DNA from: Leptolyngbyaceae cyanobacterium
GTDB taxonomy: Bacteria; Cyanobacteriota; Cyanobacteriia; Phormidesmidales; Phormidesmidaceae
Reading direction: 5' to 3'
Length of the DNA stretch: 64,000 nt
Assembly (NCBI GenBank): GCA_050331235.1
Contig: JBHJHA010000021.1
Location: 9,161-73,160 of the forward strand
Every line of letters begins with the position of its first letter. The stretch's first letter is position 1. Below the pieces are notes generated by a model, which did no database searches, had not been told where the DNA came from, and worked only from the letters and a program-made list of their open reading frames with translations. Position numbers and translations under genes: made by a program. This document shows positions 44,235 through 55,790 of this stretch, in pieces.

Positions 44235-45044
44235 TCAGGTAACGTACCGCAAAGCAAATCTCACTGCCGTATCGAGACAGTCAGTTTGTTGTGGATACTG
44301 TACTGGTGGCCGCTCGATTTGTATGAGGCGGATGCCCAGTTGGGCAGCGATCGCCTGTTTGTGGTCTTGCCCGCCGGGGCTGCCAGACGCTTTGGCGATA
44401 ACCTGAGTAATTTGCCATTGTTGCCACAGGGCAGTTTCTAAAGCGGGATTGAGGGGAGGCCGCAAGGCAATGAGGCGATCAGGGCTAAAGCCGCTTTCTA
44501 AGGCTGTTGTCAACGCTGGCAAGGACGGCAAGATGCGAGCATAGAGTTTGCCACTTTGCTGCTGCCACGCGGCAAACTGCGGTAACAGTCGATAGCCCAA
44601 AATGAGTAAGGTCGTTTCGCCCTCGAGGTAGCGATCGGTCAAGATGGCCTGCACCTGGGGCAGCCGCACAAGCCCGAGCCGTCCCTGACGATCGCGCCAT
44701 GCTTGGGGGGGGCAGTCAGCTCGTTCGTAGCGTAAATAGGGAAGGTCATGGCGTCGAGCGATCGCGATCGCGAGCTCCGAAATTTCAGTGGCAAAGGGAT
44801 GGGACACATCCAAAATGCTGCCAATCTGATATCGCGCAACAAATCGTTCGGCCATTGCAGCAGTTAATCGACCAACCCAAACCTGCCAGTTAGGCGAGGT
44901 AGGATAGAGCGATCGCGCTGCCGCAGTCGTCACGGTAATAATTGCCGCCCTGAGGGGTACTCGATCCCCACGCAGAATGTACACTTGCTCAATGATCTGC
45001 CGGCTTTCCTGGGTGCCCCCAATCAGCCAGAGCCGTTGACTCAT
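44235..45044 (-). CDS. cobK: (Cobalt-)precorrin-6A reductase
   Basis: WLIGGTQES, ILDVSHPFA, PYLRYER, IALRPP, KASGSPGG, IERP. ATGA overlap with the upstream gene. Confidence 0.9.
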   Translation of the reverse strand: MSQRLWLIGGTQESRQIIEQVYILRGDRVPLRAAIITVTTAAARSLYPTSPNWQVWVGRLTAAMAERFVARYQIGSILDVSHPFATEISELAIAIARRHDLPYLRYERADCPPQAWRDRQGRLGLVRLPQVQAILTDRYLEGETTLLILGYRLLPQFAAWQQQSGKLYARILPSLPALTTALESGFSPDRLIALRPPLNPALETALWQQWQITQVIAKASGSPGGQDHKQAIAAQLGIRLIQIERPPVQYPQQTDCLDTAVRFALRYVT

Positions 45045-45727
45045 GCAAAGGTCACCTTAAAGAGGTGAAAGAGTTCCCCAGGCTGCTCCTTTTGAATTTT
45101 GACGCCCACGGCCTTCAGCTGTTTTTTCCACTCTGCTAGAGGCATTAACTCCACATCAGCCCCCAAGTACATTTCAAGAATGGCCCAGTCTTCGGCCAGC
45201 GGTTGCTCAGGATCGACAACATCAAACACAAAGGAGCTGCCTGGTTTGAGCACTTTTTTAACGGCGGTGAGTACGATATCCCAATAGTCCCAATCGTAAT
45301 AGCAACTCACCCCCGTGGCGATCGCCACATCAAATTGATGAGGTTCATAAACATCCAGCTGATGCGCTGCTGCCTGCCGCATCCCTTTATAAAGCTTCGA
45401 GTTCAGCTGTGAACCCCGGGCATTGACTAAATCACAAATCGCTGAGCTGATATCTTGGCCGTAAAACCGCGCGTCCCACTCCCGCCAACAGGGATAAAAC
45501 AAAAAGCTCCCGCCGCATCCTAAGTCAAGGCAGTTGTGGAGCTTCTTCGGTTTGACAAACTCCCAGAAGGGCGATGCAATCCGGGAAGACAACTTACCCG
45601 ATATCCATTCTTGAAAGATGGGCAGTGCTTCTACGGACTCTGGCACTTCAACGGCATCGCCCCGATATTCATGGTCATACCGTGCAGCGACGGCATCGAG
45701 GCGATCAGATAAACCAGGCGAAACCAT
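45041..45727 (-). CDS. Class I SAM-dependent methyltransferase
   Basis: LDLGCGG, FYGQDIS, FDVAIATG, VLKPGSSFVFD. Confidence 0.88.
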   Translation of the reverse strand: MVSPGLSDRLDAVAARYDHEYRGDAVEVPESVEALPIFQEWISGKLSSRIASPFWEFVKPKKLHNCLDLGCGGSFLFYPCWREWDARFYGQDISSAICDLVNARGSQLNSKLYKGMRQAAAHQLDVYEPHQFDVAIATGVSCYYDWDYWDIVLTAVKKVLKPGSSFVFDVVDPEQPLAEDWAILEMYLGADVELMPLAEWKKQLKAVGVKIQKEQPGELFHLFKVTFA

Positions 45728-45765
45728 AGAGACTGCCACTCTTTGAAGATGTGCGTCTCCACATC

Positions 45766-45948
45766 CTAGCCCTTCAGTGCTTTGTTGAAATTCTGACGGT
45801 AAGACTTGTTTGCAATGAAGTAGATTGGCCAAAGCAGCGTAAGGCTAACTTTGTTCTGGCTGAAGTTGGTTTTTTGAAAGCCATTCCAAAACCGCCAGGC
45901 CCCGGTGCCATAAGTAATCGATAGCGTTAGAAATACTAAAACTCCCAT
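45766..45948 (-). CDS. Conserved small membrane protein
   Basis: GAWRFWNGFQKTNF...LLWP...SYRQNFNKALKG; RBS GAGGG. Confidence 0.75.
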   Translation of the reverse strand: MGVLVFLTLSITYGTGAWRFWNGFQKTNFSQNKVSLTLLWPIYFIANKSYRQNFNKALKG

Positions 45949-46288
45949 GGCCTTTATTCCCTCTTTTTGCTCCAGGAATCTATCTGACTATTCCAAAATA
46001 ACAGTGAACTCGACAATTGGCGGGAAGGAGAAAATCGCCACGGGTTCACTCCATGGTTAAGCCTCACTACTGGAACGACGCTTTCAGCAGTTATCAACAA
46101 AACGGTGGGGAGTGCTCGTTTATGCTATTTGGTAGATGTGACTGTACTGATAAAGACTGATGATACAGCCATGGAAGGCTATCAGCCTGTACCTCTAGGT
46201 GCAGACTGAAATTATTAATGGCGGTCCACTGTCATACAGTCACCATCACCCTTTAAAGATAATTTTCTTTACGTCCGAGGAGGATCTA

Positions 46289-48832
46289 ATGCGTGCAGTA
46301 CTAATGGCCGGCGGTTCTGGAACTCGCTTGCGGCCCCTGACCTGCGACCTGCCCAAGCCGATGGTTCCTATCTTGAATCGTCCAATTGCTGAGCACATCA
46401 TCAACCTCCTCAAGCGGAATGGTGTCGATGAGGTTATCGCCACTCTGTATTACTTGCCTGATGTCATGAGAGATTACTTTCAGGACGGCAGTGAGTTTGG
46501 GGTGCAAATGACCTATGCCGTCGAAGAAGACCAGCCCTTAGGGACCGCCGGGTGTGTCAAGAACATTGCTGAGCTCTTGGATGACACCTTTATCGTGATT
46601 AGTGGTGACGGCGTCACTGATTTTGATCTACAGGAGGCCGTCCGATTCCATAAAGAAAAAGGCTCGAAGGCGACTTTGGTGCTGGCTCGGGTGCCCAATC
46701 CGGTTGAGTTTGGCGTGGTCATTACAGACAGTGACGATCGCATCCAGCGCTTTTTAGAAAAGCCGTCAACCAGTGAGATCTTTTCTGACACCGTGAACAC
46801 CGGCACCTATATTTTGGAGCCTGAGGTGCTGAACTATTTGCCAGAAAACCAGGAAACCGATTTTTCCAAGGATCTCTTTCCCCTGCTGTTAGCCAAAGGT
46901 GAGCCGATGTACGGCTATGTGGCGGAGGGGTACTGGTGCGATGTTGGCCACCTCGATGCCTATCGTGAGGCGCAGTACGATGCGCTGAAAGAGGCGGTGG
47001 AAATGTCCTTGGATTATTATCCCGAACAGTCGCCGGGCGTTCGGGTGGGGCAAAATACTGAAATCGACCCGTCGGCGCAGCTTGAGCCCCCTGTAATGAT
47101 TGGCGATAACTGCCGAATTGGGGCCCGGGTTAAGCTCAAGTCTGGAACGATTATTGGCGATAACGTCACCATTGGTAACGATGCGCAGCTTGAGCGCTCA
47201 ATTGTGTGGAATGGGGCCATCGTGGGAGAAGAGGCCTATCTCCAAGCCTGCATAATTTCTCGGGGTACGCGGGTTGATCGCCGTGCCCATGTGTTGGAAG
47301 GCGCCGTCATTGGCGCGCTATCGACAGTGGGTGAAGAAGCACAGATCAGCCCAAAGGTGAGAGTATGGCCTAATAAACAAATCGAGTCGGGAGCCACTTT
47401 GAATATCAATTTGATTTGGGGTAATACTGCTCAACGCAACTTATTTGGCCAGCGGGGCGTCTCCGGACTCGCAAATATCGATATTACGCCTGAGTTTGCG
47501 GTGAAGCTAGGGGCCGCCTATGGGTCAACGCTGAAGGCCGGCTCCAATGTTACAGTATCTCGCGATCAGCGTAGTATTTCTCGCATGGTGTCGCGATCGC
47601 TGATCTCTGGTTTGATGTCGGTGGGCATCAATATCCAAAACTTAGAGGCGACAGCGATTCCGCTGGCGCGGGCGGTGATGCCTTCCCTAGGTGTCAACGG
47701 GGGCATCCACGTCCGCTTACACCCCGATCGGCCTGATCATATCCTGATCGAGTTTTTCGACGAGAACGGCATTGATATCCCTAAAAGCAAGGAAAAGAAA
47801 ATTGAAGGGGCTTACTTTAAGGAAGACCTCCGAAGGGCCCAGATCAACGAAATCGGCTCAGTGACTTACCCTAGTCGCGTGATTGAAGCCTACAGCCAAG
47901 CCTTTGAAGAACACCTCAACGTGGAAGCTGTCCGCAGCAGCAATTCCAAGGTGGTCATTGATTATGCCTATGCGGTCTCTGGGGCGGTGCTGCCGCGCTT
48001 GCTCGCCAAGTGTGATTGCGATGCCGTCGTGCTGAATGCGAGCTTGACTCAAAACGCCCCGACCGGCAGCGATCGCGAATCTATGCTGAGCCAGCTTGGA
48101 CAGGTGGTGCAGGCACTACAGGCGACCTTTGGGGTTCAGGTCTCTGCCAACGGTGAGCAGTTTATCCTGGTGGATGAAGTCGGTACGCCGATTCGCGGTG
48201 AGACCCTCACGGCCTTAGTGACTCACATGGTGCTAACGGCTAACCCTCGGGGCACAGTAGTGGTGCCTGTCCACGCGACGGGCGCGATCGAGCACATTGC
48301 TCGCCGCCACGATGGCAACGTGATTCGCACCAAAGTTAACCCTACGGCGCTGATGGAAGCCTGCCAAGAAAACGAAAATGTCGTGTTGGGCGGCAGTAGC
48401 GATATGGGCTTTATCTTTCCGCAAATGCATCCGGGCTTTGATGCTATGTTTTGCATTGCTAAGATCATCGAGATGCTCACCGTACAAGAGCATACCCTGG
48501 GGCAAATCTGGAGCGAACTACCCCGGATTTCTCACCGGATTCAAACCCTCCGCTGCCCTTGGACTTCTAAGGGTGCCCTCATGCGCTATCTGGTAGAAAC
48601 CCACCCCTCGGACCAGTTGGAACTCGTTGACGGGGTGAAGATTCTCGATCCAGATATCGACGGTTGGATTTTGGTGCTACCGGATGCGGGCGAACCCCTA
48701 GTGCATATCTATGCCAATAGCGAAGATCGTGAGTGGGTGGATGAAAATCTCAATCAGTATCGCCAGAAAGTTTTGGCATTTATTGAGCAAGACCAAGGTA
48801 TCCACCAAGTTCCTCAGGAGACAGCATTATGA
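46289..48832 (+). CDS. Mannose-1-phosphate guanylyltransferase / phosphomannomutase-like fusion
   Basis: [24 protein letters not shown], hexapeptide repeats, then a phosphohexomutase-like region (LFGQRGVSG); RBS GAGGAG. Confidence 0.92.
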   Translation: MRAVLMAGGSGTRLRPLTCDLPKPMVPILNRPIAEHIINLLKRNGVDEVIATLYYLPDVMRDYFQDGSEFGVQMTYAVEEDQPLGTAGCVKNIAELLDDTFIVISGDGVTDFDLQEAVRFHKEKGSKATLVLARVPNPVEFGVVITDSDDRIQRFLEKPSTSEIFSDTVNTGTYILEPEVLNYLPENQETDFSKDLFPLLLAKGEPMYGYVAEGYWCDVGHLDAYREAQYDALKEAVEMSLDYYPEQSPGVRVGQNTEIDPSAQLEPPVMIGDNCRIGARVKLKSGTIIGDNVTIGNDAQLERSIVWNGAIVGEEAYLQACIISRGTRVDRRAHVLEGAVIGALSTVGEEAQISPKVRVWPNKQIESGATLNINLIWGNTAQRNLFGQRGVSGLANIDITPEFAVKLGAAYGSTLKAGSNVTVSRDQRSISRMVSRSLISGLMSVGINIQNLEATAIPLARAVMPSLGVNGGIHVRLHPDRPDHILIEFFDENGIDIPKSKEKKIEGAYFKEDLRRAQINEIGSVTYPSRVIEAYSQAFEEHLNVEAVRSSNSKVVIDYAYAVSGAVLPRLLAKCDCDAVVLNASLTQNAPTGSDRESMLSQLGQVVQALQATFGVQVSANGEQFILVDEVGTPIRGETLTALVTHMVLTANPRGTVVVPVHATGAIEHIARRHDGNVIRTKVNPTALMEACQENENVVLGGSSDMGFIFPQMHPGFDAMFCIAKIIEMLTVQEHTLGQIWSELPRISHRIQTLRCPWTSKGALMRYLVETHPSDQLELVDGVKILDPDIDGWILVLPDAGEPLVHIYANSEDREWVDENLNQYRQKVLAFIEQDQGIHQVPQETAL

Positions 48833-49287
48833 ATCAATGCACGTTGATGGCTGAAATCATCTCAGCTCCCCAGCTGCGTTACACCCAAGACAACCAGACG
48901 GCGATCGCGGAGATGACGGTGGCGTTTCCGGGGCTCCGGGCCGATGATGGGGCGCAGCAGCTCAAAGTGATTGGCTGGGGCAACCTTGCGCAAGAACTGC
49001 AAGAGAAGTATCAGGCGGGCGATCGCGTCTTACTTGAAGGCCGATTATCGATGAACACCGTTGATCGTCCAGAGGGGTTTAAAGAAAAGCAAGCCGAAAT
49101 GACTGCTCAGCGCGTTCATCGCCTGACTGACTTAGGCTCTATAGCGATCGGCCAGCCTACATCAGCACCCAGTGCTGGCGCTCCGGCTCCAGTCGCTGCG
49201 CCCAACCCATCGCCAGCGGCAGTTTCCCCTCAGCCCCAAGCCGTTCCGTCTGAACCAGACGTCGACTATGACGACATTCCGTTTTAG
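48829..49287 (+). CDS. ssb: Single-stranded DNA-binding protein family (Ycf41-like paralog)
   Basis: [29 protein letters not shown]-terminal DDIPF. ATGA overlap with the upstream gene. Confidence 0.88.
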   Translation: MNQCTLMAEIISAPQLRYTQDNQTAIAEMTVAFPGLRADDGAQQLKVIGWGNLAQELQEKYQAGDRVLLEGRLSMNTVDRPEGFKEKQAEMTAQRVHRLTDLGSIAIGQPTSAPSAGAPAPVAAPNPSPAAVSPQPQAVPSEPDVDYDDIPF

Positions 49288-49788
49288 CCGTTGAACATCG
49301 GCTTCGGTCTGAGCCATCGCTATGCCAGCCAGTTAACAACCTTGAATCGATCGCTTGTAGGCTAGACCTGCGACAGTGGATTCAAGGTTGTCTGGCTATG
49401 GCGAGCGTAGTCAACCTTGAACAGGTTCAACTGCTGCGTCAATTGTGGCGAAGTCATCGCTTGCACTTTTCTCTCCATTACCATAATTTGCAGCACGGGG
49501 ATTACTCCTGCCAAGCAGAGCCCCACTATCTCGGGGTAAATTAGTTTGTATACCTTGGCCCTCAATGAGAAGCCTACCCATCAAATTGGACAGAAAGACT
49601 TGAGGGAAAACTCCAATTACCCTAAATCTCTGCGCTGACGCTCTGCTGAAGGGCAACTGGTTTAGTCAAAATGGAGAGGTGAAATCCGACTATCGGCAAC
49701 GGGGGGGCGAGGCGCAGCTTTCCCAAAGAGGCTAGAAAAAGCCCATATCAGCGTATCTGTAGCGGTAGCAAACGCTAATGTGAAGCCC

Positions 49789-50160
49789 TTAGTGATGAGC
49801 GCGGCTAGCGAGTAGCTGCTCTTCCAGTGCGGCGATACGGTTATAAGCAGCGGTTAATTGGGCAGTCAATCGCTGAATCTGAATTTCGGGAGAAAGGCTA
49901 GCTTCCTCGGTTGTGCTGTCAGACTCCATATAAACTGAATCCATCAGAATGTCTTTGTGAACTAACAGTGCCTCACCTCGATGGAAGGGAGTCGTCCCGA
50001 CCATCGCCGATGAGTTATCGTCCAACAAAACATCCGCATCAGCATGGGACTGAGAGGAAGACAGAATCTCAGTAACCCGATGATTGACTTGATCAATTAG
50101 GGTGTGGAGTGCGTCAACTTTCTCGGTCAATAAGGTGACCTGTGACTCAATAGGTTGCAT
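49789..50160 (-). CDS. Conserved cyanobacterial coiled-coil hypothetical protein
   Basis: HKDIL...SPEIQIQRLTAQLTAAYNRIAALEEQLL. Confidence 0.8.
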   Translation of the reverse strand: MQPIESQVTLLTEKVDALHTLIDQVNHRVTEILSSSQSHADADVLLDDNSSAMVGTTPFHRGEALLVHKDILMDSVYMESDSTTEEASLSPEIQIQRLTAQLTAAYNRIAALEEQLLASRAHH

Positions 50161-51224
50161 ATGACGCTAACGCTCTGAATAGAATTAATTACATCCTATA
50201 GCTAGGTTTTTTTTATGTCCCAGATCTGTAGAGTGATTTAAAGTTTGTTGATATTTTATGTTGCTGGAGAATGAAGGTCCGCGATCGCAATTTTCAAGGA
50301 AATGGCGGGCCTAAAACAGATGCGCAAAATTTTAGTTACTGCAAAAATGAAATGCTCGTCATGACCTGCTAGCAGCGATACATAACTTTGTAATATCCGG
50401 CTCGAGCGTAGAGTTTTCTGTTGAAACTGCTCGAGCCAATGCTCTGGCAGTATTGCTGACCATCATCGATGCCCCTACTGCCACGAGCGATACAGTCACT
50501 GGATGTCTAAATGCAGCGGCACGAACAATACTTTGGCCAAATTATAAGATGCGAAAATTCTGTTGAGTCGAGCTGTATCTTTCTAGGAGTAAGGGTTGTA
50601 GCGGTTTCGGTTGGCAGCTAGGTGGACCAGCTACATTGACTATTTTATTTAGCTCCTATCAATTCCTGTTGATGGGAGCTAGGCTGTCGAGTAGCTGTAA
50701 AAGGCATCGAATAGATACTGTTGATGTCAAGTTTGGCCGTAGTGAGATGAGGTCATAAACCGGATTGTGGCTCGTTTGAACGACTAGCTCTCTGTTAAAT
50801 GAAAGGGATATCTTTCAACTGATCTACGGACAAAAATCTTTGATGGCAGCTAAGCTAATTTAGGGCGTCGCGATTCCATTCCTCTGTGTCCAAAACTCCA
50901 TGTCGGGGCAACCCTGGCGACTAAGCTATCAACTAATTTTTAATATTGAAAGTGATATATTTGAAAGCCTTGCAGGGGCCTAATTTTTGTTGTTACACCT
51001 TGGGTAAAAAAATATTGAAGCACGAAAAATCTGGCTTTGAAGAATCTGTGGGGATAGATTTTGGGGTTGGTCCTGGTGAAAATGTTGCAGCGGGTCTCGA
51101 TAAGAGCGTTATCTCTGGTGCCTTTGTGCCGATATCGGTATGTCCCCTGTGAGAACCCCGAGCCAGTTCTGTAAACTTGGCTCAATACGATTAACTATCC
51201 GACGTGTGATTGATATTGGCTCCC

Positions 51225-52361
51225 ATGGACCGACGATCTTTACTTTTAGGGCTGGCAGCGTTGGCTGTGGCGCAGACTGCTTGCGGACGTAGTCATGCTG
51301 GTGCCCTAGCGATTACGACGCTAAAAGATGCACTGCCGCCGCAGTTACTGAGCGACTTTAAAGATAGCTTGACGGATCCCGCGCCCCTCAAGGTTCGGAC
51401 GCAAAAGTCTTGGGTCTCGCTGTGGCAAACGCTGCAAGAATGGCACCAAGCCAATGCTGAAGACTCCCTTCCCAGCCCGGTCGCGGACTGGGTCTGTGTG
51501 AGCGATTACTGGTTGTTTGCTGCCATCCAACAACAGTTGATTTTGCCGCTGAGTGAAGTACGAACGGTGCCTGGCTGGGAAAATTTGCCTGAATCCTGGT
51601 CCACGCTGTTGCAGCGTAATTCTCAGGGCTTTGTGTCAGAAACTGGGACAGTGTGGGCGTCGCCCTATCGGTGGGGAAGTTTGGTGATGGTGTATGACAG
51701 CCGGCCCTTTGCCAAGTGGGGGTGGCAGCCGACTGCCTGGTCAGATTTGCTTAGACCTGAGCTGCGTCAACGTTTGGCATTGCCCAATCATCCCCGTATC
51801 GTGTTGGGCCTCTTGCTGAAGTCTTTAGGATACTCGGTCAATGATCTTGACCCAGAAACCCATGGCGATTTGAGATCTATGCTCGATGCGTTGGTCCCAC
51901 AGGTCCGCGTATATGCAACGTCTTCCTATCTGGAATCTTTGATTGTTGGAGACGTGGCGTTGGCCGTTGGTTGGTCAGCAGAAATTCAACCCGTGTTGTC
52001 ACGTTATCGATATTTAAAGGCGATCGCTCCAGATCCCGGTACGTTGCTGTCAGCAGATGTTTGGGTTAAACCCAATCCTACAATGGGCCAGCCCCAGGAA
52101 ACATCTCCCTCACCCATTGATCAAAAATGGCTTAGCTACTGGTGGAGTCCAAAGGTCGTGACCCCTTTGAGTTTATTTGCTCGAGGGCTCTCACCGCTGT
52201 TGTTATCCCCCGATAGCATTCAGGTGGCTGTGACCACCGCTGAGACCGCGATCGCCCCAACGTCTGAGCAGCTAGCCCAAAGCGAGTTTATTTTGCCATT
52301 GGAGGCCGCTGCGATCGCCCGTTATGAAGCGCTGTGGCGGCAACTAAGGGGGCGCAAATAG
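51225..52361 (+). CDS. ABC transporter extracellular solute-binding protein (PotD/polyamine-like), probable Tat lipoprotein
   Basis: MDRRSLL twin-arginine plus lipobox-like QTAC; PYRWGS, WSDLL, AVGWS, GTLLSADVWV. Confidence 0.82.
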   Translation: MDRRSLLLGLAALAVAQTACGRSHAGALAITTLKDALPPQLLSDFKDSLTDPAPLKVRTQKSWVSLWQTLQEWHQANAEDSLPSPVADWVCVSDYWLFAAIQQQLILPLSEVRTVPGWENLPESWSTLLQRNSQGFVSETGTVWASPYRWGSLVMVYDSRPFAKWGWQPTAWSDLLRPELRQRLALPNHPRIVLGLLLKSLGYSVNDLDPETHGDLRSMLDALVPQVRVYATSSYLESLIVGDVALAVGWSAEIQPVLSRYRYLKAIAPDPGTLLSADVWVKPNPTMGQPQETSPSPIDQKWLSYWWSPKVVTPLSLFARGLSPLLLSPDSIQVAVTTAETAIAPTSEQLAQSEFILPLEAAAIARYEALWRQLRGRK

Positions 52362-53072
52362 GTCATCGTTTAACTCGGGGCTAACATAGTCGATGAATGG
52401 GCCAATGGATGCGGTGCAGTTGACTTGCGAGAGGTCAGCAAGTCCATCAATTTGCCCCTCCGGCGACTCAGCAGTGTCTCGAATACTGCTGAAATCACAG
52501 CTATGCACTCCCACCAGGCTAATGGAGTTGTAAATTCTGACATGGTAGCCGTAGATCATGCCCGCACCGCCAAAACGGCGTAGGATGGCATACTGCTGAA
52601 AATAGTTCAAGCGATTCCAATATTGCGGGTCAACCTGAACATCGATGACCGCCGTCTCAGCCGAATTGCTGTAAAAGGCCGTCCAGTCTCGCACCAAGCG
52701 ATACCCCTCAACCCGTACGGTGGAGTTGGGGGCAACTCGCCATAGGGTCGGTAGCTGATCACGGCTCCACCAGAGGCTAGGGAGCGTTGCCGAATAAAGG
52801 GAAACGGTCTCAGGGGTAATGATCGGCCAATCTTCAGCCGCCTCGGATAAAAAACCTGGCCCGCCTGCATAGTTGGAGGGCACCGTGAGCAACTGCTCAT
52901 ACATACGGTCTTCCACCGTTCGCTCGCTGTCGCTGGGAGTCGGGGTTTGGGCCAGAGCGATCGCGCTGCTAAACAGCCCCATCAAGGTGGCACAACTAAC
53001 TGAAACTAATCGCAGCGATTGCTGCACCATAACGGTTAAACGTTGAGAGGATACGCTCATAGGCTTTGACAC
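52344..53072 (-). CDS. Conserved hypothetical exported protein; start uncertain
   Basis: Signal-like segment ending ALAQ; LPSLWW and VDPQYWNRLNYFQQY...FG...GY. Confidence 0.7.
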   Translation of the reverse strand: MSKPMSVSSQRLTVMVQQSLRLVSVSCATLMGLFSSAIALAQTPTPSDSERTVEDRMYEQLLTVPSNYAGGPGFLSEAAEDWPIITPETVSLYSATLPSLWWSRDQLPTLWRVAPNSTVRVEGYRLVRDWTAFYSNSAETAVIDVQVDPQYWNRLNYFQQYAILRRFGGAGMIYGYHVRIYNSISLVGVHSCDFSSIRDTAESPEGQIDGLADLSQVNCTASIGPFIDYVSPELNDDLFAPP

Positions 53073-53090
53073 TGGTTCGCAGTTGATAAG

Positions 53091-55790
53091 CTAAGTCGTT
53101 ATGGGCGATCGCTGGCGGCTAGAAGCAGCATCGGCGCTCAAAATCAAACTCAGGCGATGCGTGTGTAGCAGGCGCAAGGGACGCTGTAAGGCCTGCTCTA
53201 GCATGTAGCTCACGTGCTCTGGTCGCAGGAGGGTGCCGTCGTTTTTGCAACTACCCCTGTAGTGAATGATAGCTTGACCCCCAAAATTGTTTCCCTGTAG
53301 CGATGGCGGCAGCATCTGCAGATCGTTGGCGGCAGCCCAATCCAGGCTATAGAGACGTTCCCGTAAGTTAACCTGCTTCTTCTTACCTGACTTGGTAGTG
53401 TGCTCCCAGGTCATCGTCTCAGCCTGTAGAACGCTAGCGATCGCGGCTTGCCAGTCGGCTGGAGTCAGGGGAGCTTCGGGCACTGCTCCAGTGAGCACTA
53501 GCAAATACTCAGCCTGCTCCAGCGATTTCGTGGCCGAGGGATGATTGAGGGGAATATCGGCAACCTGATAAATCGGCATGTCCACCGGGAGCTGCTCCGC
53601 CAATCGCCGCTCAAATTCATCAATATCTAGGGATGCCGTGAGTTCAAAGTCGACGATTTCGCCCGAACTAGTAGCCCCCAGGGGTAAGGCATTTGCCGGC
53701 GAGATGCGTGGCCCTGGATGGTAACCGCCAGTAAAGGCAACGGGCAAGGCCGCCCGCCGCACAGCCCGGTCAAACAGCCGCACTAAATCAAGATGGCCCA
53801 ACAGCGCTAGTTCCTGTTGCTTACCCAGCCACACCCGAAGTCGCTGCACCCGAGTTTGATTAGGCTGAAAATGGCCGGTGAACTCTGGAATGGGAGGCGG
53901 TGGTACCACTACGTTGTGACCAAAGTCAGGCCCACAGATGCCACAGTGCGAGCACCCTTCAAAGGAACAATCGGGGACGATCGCGGCGACTAGAGCCCGC
54001 TGCAAATCGTCTTTGAGCCACTGCTTACTGATGCCCGTATCCAAATGATCCCAAGGGAGCGGATTATCTAAATGGCTGGCTTGCTCGGCGTGGTGAGTAT
54101 CCATGACGTTCCACTCGCCAGTCTCTACCTGCCGATATTTCCAAGATAGATCGGCCTCATCAATGGCCTGAGTCCAAGCATTAAAGGCTCGATCCAAGCT
54201 TTCCCACCAAGAGTCCATACCGGCACCGAGCTCCCACGCTCGGCGCACCACGGCGGCTAATCGGCGATCGCCTCGGCCTACAAAATCTTCCATCGCAGAA
54301 ATGCGGACATCGGTGAAATTAGCCTTGATGCCCCGCATTTTTTGAAATTCTGCACCCAACAGTGCCTGCTTACGCAAAAACTCACTGGTGGAAACGCTGT
54401 GCCACTGAAATGGCGTGTGAGGTTTGGGGGTGAAGTTAGAAATAGTCAAATTCACTTTGAGCGGTTTCCGGCCCTTTTGCCGACATTCCTGCTGCAGCCA
54501 GCGCACTGTCTCAGCGATGCCCAAAACATCAGTATCGGTCTCCCCCGGCAGACCAATCATGAAATATAGCTTGACGCGCTCCCAACCCTGCTCGTAGGCA
54601 GTTTTAACGCCGCGTAGCAACTCTTCGTTAGTTAACCCTTTGTTGATGATGTCTCGCAGGCGCTGGGTGCCAGCTTCGGGTGCAAAGGTCAAGCCGGTTT
54701 GCCGGGTGCCACCGAGAATATTGGCAATATTTTCATCGAAGCGATCGACTCGCTGGCTCGGCAGCGATAGCGAAATGTTGTCGTTTTTAAGGCGATTTTT
54801 GACCTCGACCCCAACCGCTGGCAGTGCCAGATAATCGGAACAGCTTAGAGACAATAGCGAGAATTCGTTGTAGCCGGTGGCCCGCATCCCCTTTTCAATC
54901 GCGTCCACCACTTCGGTCGTATCTACATCACGAGCTGGACGGGTTAGCATCCCTGGTTGGCAAAAGCGGCAGCCCCGGGTACAACCGCGACGAATTTCCA
55001 CCGTGAGGCGATCATGAACGGTTTCCACATAGGGCACCAGACCAATGGCGTAATGGGGCATGGGCGACGCGACGCGACGCAGCACTCGGAGAGGTACGTC
55101 TGGTCGATTGGGATGCACGGAGCCGTCTGCCGCCATGTCGTAAAAGCGGGGCACGTACACGCCAGGCACCTGAGCCAAATCTAGGAGCAGTTCTTCACGG
55201 GTGAGGCCAGCCGCTTTGCTTTCTTCAATTACGAGACCAATTTCCGGCAGCAGCTCTTCCCCATCACCCAGGGCGACGAAATCTAAAAATTCGGCGTAGG
55301 GTTCTGGATTTGAGGTTGCGGTTTGCCCGCCGGCAAAAACCAAGGGCCAGCTTCCAGCTTCCACGTTCCAGGGACCGTCTGTCTCTCGCTCCCGGGCCGT
55401 TAAGGGGACATGGGCTAGGGTCAGCATCTCCAAAATATTGGTAGCACCCATTTCATAGGCGAGGCTAAAGCCCAAAATAACGAAATCGGGGAGCGTTCGC
55501 CGCGACTCCACGGCAAAGAGGGGCGTATCGGTGGCTTTGAGCCGAGTCGCCAGATCCGCTGCGGGTAGGTAAGCGCGATCGCACAGTTGGCGCGGTTGCG
55601 CGTTCAAGATGCTGTAAAGAATGATGTGCCCCAGATTCGAAGCGCCCACTTCATACACTTCGGGATAGGTCAGCACCCAGCGGATCTGAGCATCCGTCCA
55701 CGGCTTGTGAATAGCGCCTAGCTCATTGCCAAGGTAACGAGCAGGCTTATTGATATCAGTGTTGAGCAGCGATTCTACGGTGACGACCAC
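53091..55790 (-). CDS. TIGR03960-type radical SAM protein fused to a DUF2344/TIGR03936-like domain
   Basis: KPARYLGNE, YPEVYEVGASNLG, RGCTRGCRFC (CxxxCxxC), FAPEAG, LYFMIGLPGE; C-terminal GHLDL...FTGGYHPGPRI. Confidence 0.92.
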   Translation of the reverse strand: MVVTVESLLNTDINKPARYLGNELGAIHKPWTDAQIRWVLTYPEVYEVGASNLGHIILYSILNAQPRQLCDRAYLPAADLATRLKATDTPLFAVESRRTLPDFVILGFSLAYEMGATNILEMLTLAHVPLTARERETDGPWNVEAGSWPLVFAGGQTATSNPEPYAEFLDFVALGDGEELLPEIGLVIEESKAAGLTREELLLDLAQVPGVYVPRFYDMAADGSVHPNRPDVPLRVLRRVASPMPHYAIGLVPYVETVHDRLTVEIRRGCTRGCRFCQPGMLTRPARDVDTTEVVDAIEKGMRATGYNEFSLLSLSCSDYLALPAVGVEVKNRLKNDNISLSLPSQRVDRFDENIANILGGTRQTGLTFAPEAGTQRLRDIINKGLTNEELLRGVKTAYEQGWERVKLYFMIGLPGETDTDVLGIAETVRWLQQECRQKGRKPLKVNLTISNFTPKPHTPFQWHSVSTSEFLRKQALLGAEFQKMRGIKANFTDVRISAMEDFVGRGDRRLAAVVRRAWELGAGMDSWWESLDRAFNAWTQAIDEADLSWKYRQVETGEWNVMDTHHAEQASHLDNPLPWDHLDTGISKQWLKDDLQRALVAAIVPDCSFEGCSHCGICGPDFGHNVVVPPPPIPEFTGHFQPNQTRVQRLRVWLGKQQELALLGHLDLVRLFDRAVRRAALPVAFTGGYHPGPRISPANALPLGATSSGEIVDFELTASLDIDEFERRLAEQLPVDMPIYQVADIPLNHPSATKSLEQAEYLLVLTGAVPEAPLTPADWQAAIASVLQAETMTWEHTTKSGKKKQVNLRERLYSLDWAAANDLQMLPPSLQGNNFGGQAIIHYRGSCKNDGTLLRPEHVSYMLEQALQRPLRLLHTHRLSLILSADAASSRQRSPITT

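Noticed and set aside
49362..49656. Small minus-strand ORFs downstream of ssb
   Set aside because: Non-ATG starts and no recognisable family. A small protein cannot be excluded but is unsupported.
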